Source: Octopus bimaculoides (Eukaryota). From it: a stretch of 64,000 bases of DNA. Location: the NCBI RefSeq assembly GCF_001194135.2, contig NC_068993.1, positions 16,737,891 to 16,801,890 of the forward strand, in the 5' to 3' direction. The notes under the pieces are model-generated. The model did not search any database. It saw nothing but the letters and a program-made list of their open reading frames with translations, and was not told where the DNA came from. The first letter of the stretch is position 1, and every line of letters begins with the position of its first letter. This document shows, piece by piece, positions 1 to 12,741 of the stretch. The position numbers and the translations under genes are program-made.

Positions 1-249
1 CATTTGTCCGTAGACCACTACTTTGAGTAGCACTGTTCTCTAGTATTGTGGCATAGATAATTAGTGAAAGAAAAGCAGTTCCACAAAGTGAGCTTAAACA
101 TGTGTGGTATATAACCAACTGGTTAGTTGAAAGAAGAGAGAAGTTTCAAATTTTAAACCTTTCTATGGATAACACTGATTGTTGTTGTTGCTTCATCTTC
201 TTAAACCTCACCTCCATTATCATCATTGTCATCATTGCCACCATCACTA

Positions 250-1045
250 TCAGTACTGGTTTCAAATTTGGAACTCAGGATATACAGATGGTTGAAGTTT
301 CACTAAGCATTTTTCCCTGCATGCTAATGATTCTGTCAGTTCTACAAGCTCACCACCATCAATATTGGTTTCATATTTTGGCACTAGGCTAGCAATTGTG
401 AGGAAGGGGGAAAGTCAATTACTTCAACCCTAGTATTCAACTGGTACTTATTTTCTCAATCCTGAAAGGATGAAATGTTAAGTTGACCTTGGTGGAGTTT
501 GAACTCTAGCTATAAAGATGGTTGAAATGCCACTAAGCACATTAATGGTTCTGCCAGTTTTGCAGGCTCATCACCTTACCACCACCATCAATATTGGTTT
601 CACATTTTGACACAAAAACCAGTAATGTTATGGGTGGGGCTAAGTCGATTACATCAACCCAGTATTCAACTGGTACATACTTTATCGACCCTGAAGGATG
701 AAAGGCAAAGTTGACCATGGCAGAATTTACCTCAGGACATGAAGATGGTTGAAATGCCACCGAATATTTTGTCCAGCATGCTAATGGTTCTGCCAGTTCT
801 CCGCCTAACCACTACCACCATCAATATTGGTTTCAAATTTTGGCACAAGGCCAGCAATTGTGGGGGAGGGTGCAAGTCAATTACAATGACCCAAGTGCTT
901 ACCTGGTTCTTATTTTATCAACCCCAACAGGATGAAAGGCAAAGTCAACCTTGATGGAATTTGAACTCGGGATGTAAAGACAGTCAAAATGCCACTTAGC
1001 ATTTTCCCCAGGGTGCAAATGGTTCTGCCAGCTCACCACCTTTCC
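250..1045 (-). mobile_element. Head-to-tail array of ~4 copies (first partial) of a tRNA-derived SINE ('family C')
   Basis: Recurring ~230-nt unit (aatattggtttca...ggatgaaaggcaaagt.gacc...gaatttgaactc...ctgccag) at ~256, 362, 590 and 823, separated by (CAC/CAT)n. On the minus strand it reads as A-box-like tggcagaa and B-box-like gagttcaaattcc. Confidence 0.8.
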
Positions 1046-1269
1046 ACAAACCATCACTATTAAAGCATCATTGTTGTTGTCATCATCATTTTCACATTGT
1101 ATTTTCCATAATTTCATGAATGCAACCAGTCTTTAGTATCAAAGTTTTTGAGGAGATATCGTAGAATAGTAACTATTCAAGTGTCGACAGTATAAATATG
1201 ATCTCAAGTTCTATGTTTGAGCGGAAAGATTGCTTATGTTTTCATCTGTATTTTCTAATTTCTTAAAAG

Positions 1270-1445
1270 CTATACCATGTTTACATGTAAATGTACATAT
1301 GTAGGCAAATAAACATGTAAACATCTATGTAATTATATATGTAAACATGTAATTATATATCTTAACCTATAAAAACATATGTAAACATGTATGTATATAC
1401 ATGCATTATACATCTTAACACATAAACATATAAGCATGTATTTTG
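1270..1445. repeat. AT-rich degenerate minisatellite (aacatgta/tatatgta units)
   Basis: Repeated taaacatgt/acatatgta motifs read directly. Confidence 0.6.
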
Positions 1446-1701
1446 TAATTAACCCTACTACATCAGCCAACCTGTCAGTTTAATTTTAAACACATTTTTT
1501 TTTACTCATCATAAACTATGTCATTTCACGTAGTTCTTCCAAAATATTCTAGTTAACATTTTCAATTGAGATGAATTGGAAACCTAAATTCTGTGACTCT
1601 TTCTGACCTTCTCGGAAAGAGACCTACCATAATACATTGTTTCATTTTCGTTATTGTAATAAGCTAAGGTCATAAAAAGGAGGTTAATTGATGATTTCCC
1701 A

Positions 1702-1704
<3 letters not shown>

Positions 1705-1760
<56 letters not shown>
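1705..1760. repeat. (CT)n(CA)n microsatellite
   Basis: Direct reading. Confidence 0.9.
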
Positions 1761-1761
<1 letters not shown>

Positions 1762-2407
1762 TGCCATACATACACATACATATTCATTTATCTAATAATA
1801 GTTCTGGTGAGAATTAATATTAGGTCTCTTCATTTTCTTTCATTTCCTTCTGCTAAGGGGGAAGTCATTAATCAGAAGAACTGGTTAGACTTAATTTTAG
1901 GGTTCCCAACACACACTCTCTTTCACACACACACCTTCCCTCTCATACACTCCCGCCCTATGATACACAAATGTGAAAGAACTCACTATTGGCTTCAGCA
2001 AAGAGTATTCACATTGTTCCTTCAACTAGATTGCTTACTTATCAAAATGGCACTTCTTTAATCCTCGAATTGTCTGGAAGCACGACACAGTGTGTGAAAA
2101 GGGTAGCTAGCTCTTGAATTACAGTTACATTCTACCCTACAAGCTTCTATACACTCTCCACCTAAACAATTTTAGTCACAGAGCTTGGGTCGATGACCCA
2201 AATCTAAAGAGTTTCCCAATGTGCCACTTAGTGAGATTGAAACCAGGGCTTCATGATTGCCGAGTAAATTTCTTTAACTATTAAGCTACCCCAGCACCTA
2301 GACACATACACAGGTCCATATTTATTGAGTAAACTAACAATATAACACAGCATTAGTGTCTTACCTGATATGGTTTTTAGTGAAGGGTTTACTGAAAAAA
2401 AAGGACC

Positions 2408-2695
2408 CCCTCCAGTCATGAATAACCATGGGATTGCACCTAGAAAGTTACCCTCCGAGGCACAACTCCAAGCAAGATTGTTTATGGAAGACCAGCAGTT
2501 ACCCATGCATACCACCCTCTTCTCTCCATGCCACTGATGTTATTCAGGAGAAAGGTAAAGACCAATACAACTTGGTACCAGTGACGTTGCATTTCTACAG
2601 CTGAGTGAACTGGAGCAACATGGAATAAAGTGTCTTGTTCAAGAACACAGCGCGCAGCCTGGTCCAGGAGTTGAACTCACTACCTTATGATTGGG
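2408..2695 (-). mobile_element. tRNA-derived SINE ('family D')
   Basis: Same sequence as 7600-7895 (inverted) and 29893-30218: catgggattgcacctagaaag...tttctacagctgagtgaactggagcaac. Confidence 0.8.
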
Positions 2696-3559
2696 AGGAG
2701 GAGGAGGAGGAGTGCATCAAACTCAGTACTTGATTGGTTCTTATTTTATTGACTCTGAAAGTTGATCTCAGCAACATAAAGTCAGAAGAAATACTTCTTA
2801 TTTTGTTTGCTGTGGTAACAATTATGTCAGCTTGCCACCTTTATGATAATGAATTTCTGTTTTTTTTTATTTTGCCACTGTGGTCTCAGATAAAGGAAAT
2901 ATTGCAAGGACATGCTGAATATAGTATCAAAGCTTACATAAAGAGGATGAGAAGGAAACAGGATGAAGTAAAAAGTATAAATAATATACAAATATATAAA
3001 TGTATAAACAGACATGTGCATTTTTTGCAATGATTTTCTGTGGTTATTTGATTTACAGAATTATAAATGCATAAATACAGGGATAATTCAGTCTTCTCGA
3101 TATAGGAAGACCTCAAACTAAGGTTAATTAGGAAACCATATGGATGCAAACTCACTCTGACCACCAAGGGCAAGTACCCTCTCTCATCTGTTGTTCTCTG
3201 TACCAACAGGTGCATTCTTAGAGCAGTTCCAATTATTGACCACAGTATTTGACTGGTATTTATTTTAATGATTCTGAAAGTAACAAAGATAAAGTTGACC
3301 TTAGTTGGATTTGAACTCAACATATGGAGCTGAAACAAATACCGTATTTTACCTGACACTCAAACAACTCTTCTAATCTGTTTTTCTCAATGATATTAAT
3401 GATGGCTCTCTTATGTTGGTAAAAGGTCAGAGATTTGTAAAAGAGTTAGATTGTCAACTGATGCAAAATAAAATCAACAATTGGTTGCAAGAGGAGAGAA
3501 ATGTAGTAGTTGATCCTGGTGGAATTTGAACTTAAGATATGTTATTTTTCTTCAACATC

Positions 3560-4200
3560 ATCTTTTAAATCCATTTCTTAGTCCTTGTCTATGGCATGGT
3601 TGGCATCTTCATTAAATCTTACATTGTATCTTGCTAAATCTTCATTAATTTGGGAAATGTTTCTCTTTCACAAGGCTCCTTATAAGGCTCTGTAGTATTA
3701 TTTTTGTAATTCAAAATTGTGGCCAATAGTATATTTAGTCTTTTCAAAGCACGTTCAGTCAAAGCACATCCATTGATCATTTTGAATGTACAATGTTATC
3801 AGCTGAGAAAGTCTGCGCTCTTCCAATTAGCATTTCATTATTTGCTGTTCTTGAAAATGAACTTCCAAGTGCAAATCTTAAAAGACAGTGATGTCCAGTA
3901 TTTATCTATTCTGCCTGTGTTTCTATTATTGTCCAGTCCTTGCTACAATAGAACAGAATTGTTTCTCTGCAAACTTTGAAACGTAGCATTTTAATTCTAT
4001 CCCTGTCTGAATAATTCCAAATAAACTAAGTGTACATCGCTACCCATACTAATCAACTCAAAGTAATGCAACCAAGCAATATCAGGAATTTAATCTTGTG
4101 CTGTTTCTGCAACTCTGTCAACTTATTTTTATAGCCAAGAACACATATTTCAAGTAGCTGCTTTGGAACACTAACCATTTATGCTACTGATACTTGCCTG
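3560..4200 (-). mobile_element. Degenerate RTE-clade LINE fragment (post-RT C-terminal region)
   Basis: Minus-strand translation ILFYCSKDWTIIETQAE*INTGHHCLLRFALG resembles the RTE motif LLYGSETWTLTK...LDGCYTRLLR; several stops. Confidence 0.6.
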
Positions 4201-4919
4201 CTTTGAAAAAAAAAAATTTCTGAATTAATCCAAAGACCATAAATTTAGGTGAAAGGTATTATTGATCCAGACTTTACAGATAATTATCATATCAACCTTA
4301 AAAAGACAAAGGAGAAAATATCAATATTGGTAGGATTTGAACTCAGAACATTAAAGGAGGAAAACAAATACTGCAAAGTATTTTGTCTGATACTTTACCT
4401 ATTCTGCCAATCTAAATAAGATTAAATTATTTTGTGAGACGGGAATATCAAGTAGAAATGATAATGCAGAGAAAACAATTCTTCAATAGAAATTCAAAAG
4501 CTTCTCTTCAGGTACCTCTATTCAAACAATTGACCTGCTAGAAACAGCAAGCCAGGTGTAAATTTCCTTCAAATATCATACTACCATCTTAAAAATGGAT
4601 AAATATACTAGCTAAAATATTGTGAATATAATTACCATACTTATTCATGTATAAGCCACATCCCTAATTTAGTGTTAAATCTTCATATAAAATTTTTTGC
4701 TTGCATAGTTTTAGGTTTGACCCGCATATGTCACACCCTCATTTTTACAGTTAAAATCAAGTAGAGTATGAACTATACATGAATAAATATGGTAATGCAC
4801 CAGAAAAGAAGCAAGGGTGGTAACAGTTAGAATGCCAATCAATTAGTGAAGCTATTCTACAAAATCACATACCCACACGCACACAGCTATGCAATAACAT
4901 AACAAAGAAGCCTGTACTT

Positions 4920-5295
4920 GTTTACAAGACATGCTAGAAGTAGCAGCCAAGTCTCCACCAAATTACATCATTTGATCTTTGTGTCTCAGAGATATAATTA
5001 AAATAACAGTGGTCAAGGCTATAATGCTTTGGTCATAGGTCTGCTTGATCACAAATGACCTCGTGCTAAACAACAAACAAACATACATATACAAGGGAGC
5101 TTCATAGTTGCTTGACAAGCTAGAGAAAGCAGCCATATCTACCTCAAAATGCATCCTACCGTCATAAATAAGGAAACGACACATTGGATACTATACCCAG
5201 ACATACCCTGAAAATGATGGGGAAACTGCAATCAGAAATCCTTCCATTAATCATAGATTTGCTCAATCAAGAATGATTTGGCACTAAACAACAAT
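4920..5295 (+). mobile_element. Two copies of a dispersed SINE-like repeat ('family E')
   Basis: The motif gctagaaa.agcagcc...cctcaaa...catagg.ctgct...ggg.taaacaacaa recurs at ~4510, 6030, 7990, 8710(-), 11590, 32230, 48230 and 51955. Confidence 0.6.
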
Positions 5296-6429
5296 AAGAA
5301 ATATATACATGAAAATACACATATACACACAATATATCAACACATGTACTAAGAGTTAGTTATTTCTGCATATTTATGACAACATACAGTATTAAAATTA
5401 TCCAATAATTAACGTTTTCTAGATTTTTTTTCTCTCATTATCTTCGTTATTATTTCCCTATGTTTCCAACTAATATTATCTTCAATAATTTTCTGATAAA
5501 ATTTATTATTCATAGGTTTTTTTTTTCTCCTACTATTTTATTATTTTCATTGTTTAAAAATAAGGTTTGTTTGTTGTTTTTACAGTGTCTATTTTAAGAA
5601 ATTTAATGATTAAAATTTGTTTTGTTTATTGACAACTATGGTTATTAAGTTTATGAAGATTTTAATATTTCTAATGTATAAAAGTACTGGTCACATTGAA
5701 CTTAGATCTAAATTGGTTTGAATTAACTACTGTTAATTTGATTTGGGCAACCTTTTTGATCTTTGTTTTAGTGTTAAACTACAGTTATATGTTGAGAAAG
5801 AAAGGAAGAAAAACAAACATTATCCTCTTCCATCTCCTTTCACCATCATCATCATCATCATCATCACCACTGAAGACAAATAGTAATGATATCAAAAGAA
5901 GAGCAAAAGAAATGTTTGAAAAAGGAAATATGAATGATGATGCGAGATCTAATCAATTCCAGAAAATATAGAATTTGGATTGGATCCCACTGGCAGACAA
6001 ATTTAAAGAAAATTTTGAAATTTATGTCTGCTGGAAATAGCAAACCAATTCTCCTTCAAATCACACAGTACCATCTTTAAAAAGAGAAAAAAGACACTGG
6101 TGTTTAATAATAGAGTCTGGAATAAACACTGCCTGAAAGTTGTTAATGACAAGACCTAGGGTGGAGTTTGGGAGGTGGTAGGAGATCTTTTAGGGTACGA
6201 GCAAAGGCCCAAGTCCAGGGGGTGCAATTGCACGCCCTAAAATTTTGTTGGGGTGCAAAATTCAGAAATTACACCCTCTACTTATCTTTCTCGGGCTTAG
6301 AAAATAGTGTTTAAAAATTGATCCATAAAAAGTGTCTTGATGTTAGGTTTCTTCACAAAACAAGAACAAAGAACTAAAATAAATAAAAAGAACCCCCTCC
6401 CCAAAATCCCTAGAAAGATATATTACTAA

Positions 6430-7580
6430 ACTAAAGCATTCTCAACATTAGGATTAAAATTATCAACAACAACCATGGCCACTCTTCAATACTAGCACAA
6501 TTGATGCACTATTAAACTCCACAATCAAAAGCCCTTCACAGTTCAGCTGTCCACTTCCTTATTTTCTTGCAATACCACAAGTGACCCATCATCATCATTG
6601 TCAGCATGTTCTACTGCTACTACCTTTTCCACAACTAAACAACAACAATAAGCATTGGAAGTCACTCATCAAAACTAGAACATTTGGTGACCTATCAAAC
6701 AACACAAGTCCTAGCTCTTCTTTATAGTCAGGCCACTCAAATGCTTCTCAGAATAACATGAGATATTCATCACCATCATTGTCATCCTATTCTACTGCTA
6801 CTACCATTACCACTACTACTACTCCAATTAGTGACGAATCATTCTTTTCTTCCCCCACTGTCCACCTCTGAATGTATACCTGACAGCTCCATCATAGATC
6901 TGCCAACTGTAAATAAAGTAAAATTATGAATGCAGGAAACTCCAAAATATGCCACTATTCACAATGTGAGAGACTATGCAAATGCAGTGACTATAACTTC
7001 ACCCATTTACCTAGGACAAGACACATTGTTCGTACAAACAATAACAGCCAAAGCCAAACCACACACCTTACACTACCACTATTAAATGCTAAATCACATT
7101 TAATAACTTCTACACATGTAACTTGGAATCCTAAAATCTGTTACTATTCCCAACATGAAAGATTATATCTGATGTGTGACTTTCCTTTCACTTGATGCGC
7201 TAGTAAAAGCATGACACCAAACCACTATTGAATCCACAGTAGAAACATTCCTTCCAGTGGCTGTGTTGGTCCAGACTTTCATCGAAACACAGTAGTCACC
7301 CAGATATCTACTGTAAAATCAACAGTTGCAAACCATATTACTACAACCATATTCAACAGAGCAATCATACCAACTCCAGACAACAACCCCTCCCAAAACA
7401 AGAAAATTCCTTTTTAGCAGTGATGTACCTGGCAAAAGAAATAAAGAAAAACTTCTGGCCCTCACACAACACCAACCACTATTATTACCCCAGTGCACAA
7501 CCACATACCATTGCTGTCATTAACCTGCAAACTCAACTCAATAATAATGTCAAATGTACAAGGTCTTTCACACTTCACAA
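6430..7580 (+). pseudogene. Disrupted A/C-rich ORF relic with two zinc-finger-like repeats, possibly the N-terminal region of a non-LTR retrotransposon
   Basis: KICHYSQCERLCKC (~6944) and KICYYSQHERLYLMC (~7131) are duplicated; Thr/Asn/Ser-rich, many stops, strong strand asymmetry. Confidence 0.35.
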
Positions 7581-7599
7581 ATTAACTTGTCATTTTAGC

Positions 7600-7895
7600 C
7601 ACTGACTTATGACCGTGAGGTTGTGAGTTCAAATCCCAGACCGGGCTGTGTGTTGTGTTCTTGAGAAAAACACTTTATTTCACGTTGCTCCAGTTTACTC
7701 AGCTGTAGAAATGAGTTGTGATGCCACTGGTGCCAAGTTGTATCAGCCTTTGCCTTGGATAACATTGGTGGCATGAAGAGGGGAGGCTGGTATGCATGGG
7801 CGACTGCTGGTCTTCCATAAACAACCTTGCCTGGACTTATGCCTTAGAGGGTAACTTTCTAGGTGCAATCCCATGGTCATTCGTGACTGAAGGGG
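7600..7895 (+). mobile_element. tRNA-derived SINE ('family D')
   Basis: B-box gagttcaaatccc followed by gtgttgtgttcttgag...cactttatttcacgttgctccag; matches the other two copies. Confidence 0.8.
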
Positions 7896-9648
7896 GTCTC
7901 CAATGTAATGTGTCAGAGTATTAAATATGTCATGAAACATATAACAGGTCTTGGCTCCATAATTTGAATAGCAAACCATCTGATGTGACTAGATGATTAG
8001 ATGAGCCTATTAGAAAATTCCTATGTAGTTGCTCAACCTGATAGAAATAGTTATGAAATCTTCCCTAAATCACACACATCTTACTGTCATAGAAAGAGAG
8101 ACATTGAATAGTAAAGGGTATAATATGTCTGGAAAAAGAGATGGAATGGTCATGGAAGGATCTAAACAGATGGAATTAAAAATGTGATAGGAAATCAGTT
8201 TTGAATTTGTCTTGATGACCTTAATAAAAGAGAATTTGGTTGCTCCTAAATAGTCAGAAAGATAGAGAGAGAGAGACCAGAAATTTAGCAGGAATTACAA
8301 TGAATTTACTGAAGATAGAAGATATATACATTATATGAAATTATTTTAACATCAGAAACTGAGGAATAATTGTTTTCCAATGCAATGGAGACTAAAAGTG
8401 ACAGTATGATAATAAATTGAACAGCTGGTATATTGTACCAAAGTGTCTATAAATGAAATGAGTAGCAGACAAAGTCATGTGACAGATAAGAGACAGACAG
8501 ACAGACAGGCAACAATGTTCTTTTGTTTATATATTAGTTACTTACAATTATAATTATTATTTTTTTTTTGTAACTGGTATTTGTAATTTATTCTTTGCTG
8601 TTACTTCTCTTTTAATTATTAGTTAATCAGACTTGAAGTGCTGGCAGTGTCCTTCCTCTTTTGAAAGTATTGCAAGATAGTTGATACCAATTATAAAAAA
8701 AACAAAAAAATTACACCTAAGATGATGAGGTTTTGCCTATGATCAGCTTAGACTGAACCTGACCTTATGGTCAAAAGTGTTCCAGTCAAAGCCATGTTGC
8801 CTTTTTTAGTAGTGAATAGGATTACAATATCTTTATTTAATTAGATGGTGAGGTGTGATTTGAGGAAGATTTACTCACAATTTCTAGTAGGTCGCGTGAA
8901 CACAACAGAGTTCCTTTATTGGATTACTGGAAGAGATGAAAATGAGGGGAGAGTGAGTATTGCAGGAGGATGTAGATCTGGAGTGGAAAGGTTGGTTGGT
9001 TGGTTCATCAAGAACAGAGTAAGATACAGTAAGGATAACACAGTGTCACAAAATTTTAATTTCTTTTTTTTTTGGTCTTTGGTTAGTAAGTGTTATATCT
9101 TATTTGCTTCTATCTGGGAATCAAACGAAATGACTACTATTCCCTTCAAACTTTGCTTTTGTGATCTGGACATCAATGTTTTGAAACTGACCTATTTTCC
9201 ATTACATTTAAAACAGATTCAGCACTGGGTTTCTGAAGCAGAAATATCATTATAGCAAATATTCTGCTCAATACCACAAATTTGTTTGTCAGTTGCTTGA
9301 CCTTAAACACTTGAGCATGTCCCTTAGTAGCTGACAATATGTGCATCCTCTGATTACAAACAGCTCCTGTAATGGGGGAGCATCATAGCCATATGCTGAG
9401 GGGGATTCTTTGACATTTTAAATAAATGTAACAGAAGCGAAGTTGGAAGGAAATATTAGTCAGTTTCCATACTTTCTAGGGGTAAGCAAATAGGAAATAA
9501 TAGTTGCTACCCAAGGACAAGAATCATGTTACACAGTGTAATGAAATGAATAGAAGCATATGCACTCCCTATACTAAAGTAGAAATGGTACCTAACTTGT
9601 TATTTGAGAGAGACAAGTTATTATAAGGGTAAAAAAAATAATAAAATA

Positions 9649-10060
9649 AGGTGCAGGCAACGCTGTGTGGTTAAGAAGGTTGCTTTGCAACCGTGTAGTT
9701 TGGGGTTCAGTCCCACTGTACAGCTTATAGAGCAAGTGCCTCTTACTATAGCCTCAGGCTGACTAGTACCTGTTGAGCGAATATGGTAGATGGAAACTGT
9801 GTAGAAGCCTGTTGTGTACATATATATTTATGTGAATGTCTTTGTGGTTGTGTTTGTTCCTCCAAACCCTCATCCGTCAAGTGGCAACTGGTGTTGGTTT
9901 GCTTATGTCCCTGTAACTTAGCAGTTTGGCAAAAGATATTTATAGAATAAATACCAGACTTGAAAGGTAAAAACTGAGGACCCTTTGTTTGATTAAACTC
10001 TTGAAGACAGTTCCTCACTATGGTTGCTGTCTAATGACTGAAACCAGCAACAGATGAAAG
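9649..10060 (+). mobile_element. tRNA-derived SINE with central microsatellite ('family A'), diverged
   Basis: Head ctgtgtggttaag...ggttcagtcccact...cttactatagcctc, (TA/TG)n middle and tail aatgactgaaac; colinear with 38017-38445. Confidence 0.75.
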
Positions 10061-10138
10061 TGTTGCTCAATTGTTGATAGAAGCAAGTAGTGGCACTACA
10101 TATCTAATATATGTGCACGCATGACTGAATACATGTCT

Positions 10139-10372
10139 GGTAAGTTCACTGTCATCATTTCATTGCAGGGAAAGTCCACCATCGTCAAGTCACCATTTTT
10201 TTTTTGCTTTATTTTTCAATAAAATAGTTTTTAACTATTAATGGTGAGATACTAAGAATATATTTTCTCGGTAAACTTTCGTTGCGGTGAACTTTCCTCA
10301 TGGTGAACTTTCTTCACGATGAATTAATGGCCATGAACTCTCCTGCAATGAACTGATGGCAGTGAACTTACC
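10139..10372. mobile_element. 234-bp fold-back MITE with 19-bp TIRs and ~15-bp subterminal tandem repeats
   Basis: ggtaagttcactgtcatca (10139-10157) is the reverse complement of tgatggcagtgaacttacc (10354-10372) with 1 mismatch; repeated ggtgaactttc units internally. No TSD identified. Confidence 0.7.
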
Positions 10373-10464
10373 TGTAATCAAATAACTACAAGGTGAAAAA
10401 CACATATTGGTTTCATTACAGAAGTAACAACAAATAAATGAAACCTTAAATATTAGTAACACCA

Positions 10465-11110
10465 GTAAGGTAGCAAACTGACAGAACCATTAGCATGCTT
10501 GGCAGAATACTTAGCAGCAGGTCATCTATCATCACATTCTGAGTTCAAAGGACACTGGGTCAACTTTCATCCCTTGAGGGTCGCTAAAATGAGGACCAGT
10601 TGAACACTGGGGTCAATGTGGTCGATTTAACATCTCCCTGAAAGTGCTGGCCTTATGCCAAAATTTGAAATCAATATTAGTAACACTAGTCTGGCATTGA
10701 GCTGGAAGAAATGTTAGCAAGTTAGGCAGAATGCTCAGCAGCATTTTGTTCTGAGTTCAAATGTCACTGAAGTCAACTTTGCCTTTCATTCTTTCAGGGT
10801 CAGTAAAATAAGTACCAGTTGAGTACTGGGGCCAATGTAATCAGGTTACCCCTTCTCTCAAAATTGCTGGTTTTGTGTCAAAATTTGAAACCAATATTAA
10901 TAACACTAGTTTTTGATGGATATAAGGCCTCAAATTTCGTGATGGGTATAATTGGTTAAATCAGTTATCAATTTTACCTACCCAGGAAGGATGAAGAGAA
11001 AACCTGACCTTAGCAAGATTTGAACTCAGACCACAAAGAACCATAACAATTAACTGCAAAACATTTTGTTCTCCACTCTACCAATTCTGCCAAACCACTT
11101 GCCCCTAATA
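10465..11110. mobile_element. Cluster of family C SINEs: two tandem plus-strand copies followed by an inverted copy
   Basis: ctgagttcaaa...gtcaacttt...agtaccagttga...ggggtcaatg at 10465-10675 and 10680-10895; reverse-orientation copy at ~10920-11110. Confidence 0.7.
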
Positions 11111-11781
11111 TTAGCAATATTGAAAGCTTGAAAGTAAAACTGATTCTTTCCTTTCATTGAGAAGATATACAAGTGTCTAATCATAGACAAAATAACAGAT
11201 TAAGACTGATGTGGAAGCTGGGTGAAGTATATATCATATGATGGTAAGAATGACTGATCTTTTTGTGTATGTAGTTGAGAGAATCTACTGATCTGCTAAC
11301 TGCAGTCAAAGGAAGGCCCTGGTGGAAATTAACAGATGTAATTGCCAGGAATTTAGCTTATACAAATCTATTAGACTCTGTCTTTGATGTAGCAGGGTTA
11401 ATAATGATTTCTTAGATTAATGCAACACTATCAATTTGTAGGGAGGACAGAAATAAAGTCAAAGAAATTTATTATTAGAAATTGTTTTTGCCTGTGTCTG
11501 ATGAATGAATGAAAGGTAGGATTTGAGCACAGAATCTCTTAAAAGGTATAGGTAAATACTGCATTCTTCTTATTACAAATAACATGGCAATAACGGAGTC
11601 TATACATGGTCACTCAACCTGATAAAAATATTGCTTTAATCACACTCCACCAGCTTAAACAAGGAAGGACATATCCAGTAATCTAGCCTTAGATATTCCA
11701 TTAAAGCTGGAATGGTTACAAGTGGGATGCTTTTAATCATAGGTTTATTCAATTAAATAAAGTTCTAATCATCTCTCTTTT

Positions 11782-12155
11782 GCATGTTTCAATCATTGGA
11801 CTGCGACCATACTGGAGCACTGGCTTGAAGGATTTAATCAAACACATCAACCACCCAATATCTATTTTTAAGTTTGCCATCTATTCTGTTGGTCTCTTTT
11901 GCTGAACCACTAAGTTTCAGGGATGCAAACTAATCAGCTCCAGTTGTCAAGTGATGGGGGGGGGAAGGTGATAAACACAACACAGACATAAGCAAACACG
12001 CATGCATATATATGTGTGTGATGAGTTTCCTCACAGCTTCCAGCCATCTGATTCACTTATGAGGTATTGGTCAGCCCAGGACTATACTAGAAAATGTGCA
12101 ATACATTGGAACTGAACCTGAAACTGTGTGGTTGCAAAACAAGCTTCCTTACCAG
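11782..12155 (-). mobile_element. Family A SINE, diverged
   Basis: Reverse complement of the family A tail (catactggagcac), microsatellite and head (ggaactgaacc...cttacc). Confidence 0.7.
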
Positions 12156-12741
12156 ATTTGCCTGAAATAACCTGGTTTTAAACACCTCACGTTCTAAAGT
12201 TTTCATATTTCAATTGAAATCTTTTATTATTTTAACTGAGAACCTTTTGTAGTGTTACAAACACTATCTTAATAACAATGAAAAAGTCATTTTACCAAAT
12301 TGTTCCAAACTCTTAGTAATTTTCAGAATTAATTGAAACGTATGGACAATGTATTTCATTAGAATTATGGTCCGGAAATGGATTGAGTGAAAGCTATAAG
12401 ATCACTTGGTGAGAGAAATAATACCACATCAGCTTGAGATAAAAGCTAAGAGAAGGCTTGAAATCAACAAGATGAATGTCTATTAAGATTTATTTGGATG
12501 AAAAATTGAAGTGAATACCTAGTAATTGAATAACAATTGAAATGAGAAATTAAATTTAAAAAATATATGAAATAAGAGGAAACAGTAGGGGTAAGTGAAT
12601 GGAAGCACAATATCAGTTTGATGCAAAAATCATCATGGTTTTTAACCATAAACTTTAAAACAGTATACCTCTGCTCAGAATACATTACATTAATCAAAAT
12701 AATAACCATTAGAAGTTACACATTTTTGTCAACAAGAAATA

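Noticed and set aside
250-1045. CRISPR-like regularly spaced repeats
   Set aside because: Eukaryotic context; the units are ~230-nt diverged SINEs, not short repeats with unique spacers.
8906-9020. Possible small exons with gtgagt/gtaaga donors
   Set aside because: The first acceptor lies inside a family E repeat and the second lacks a polypyrimidine tract.
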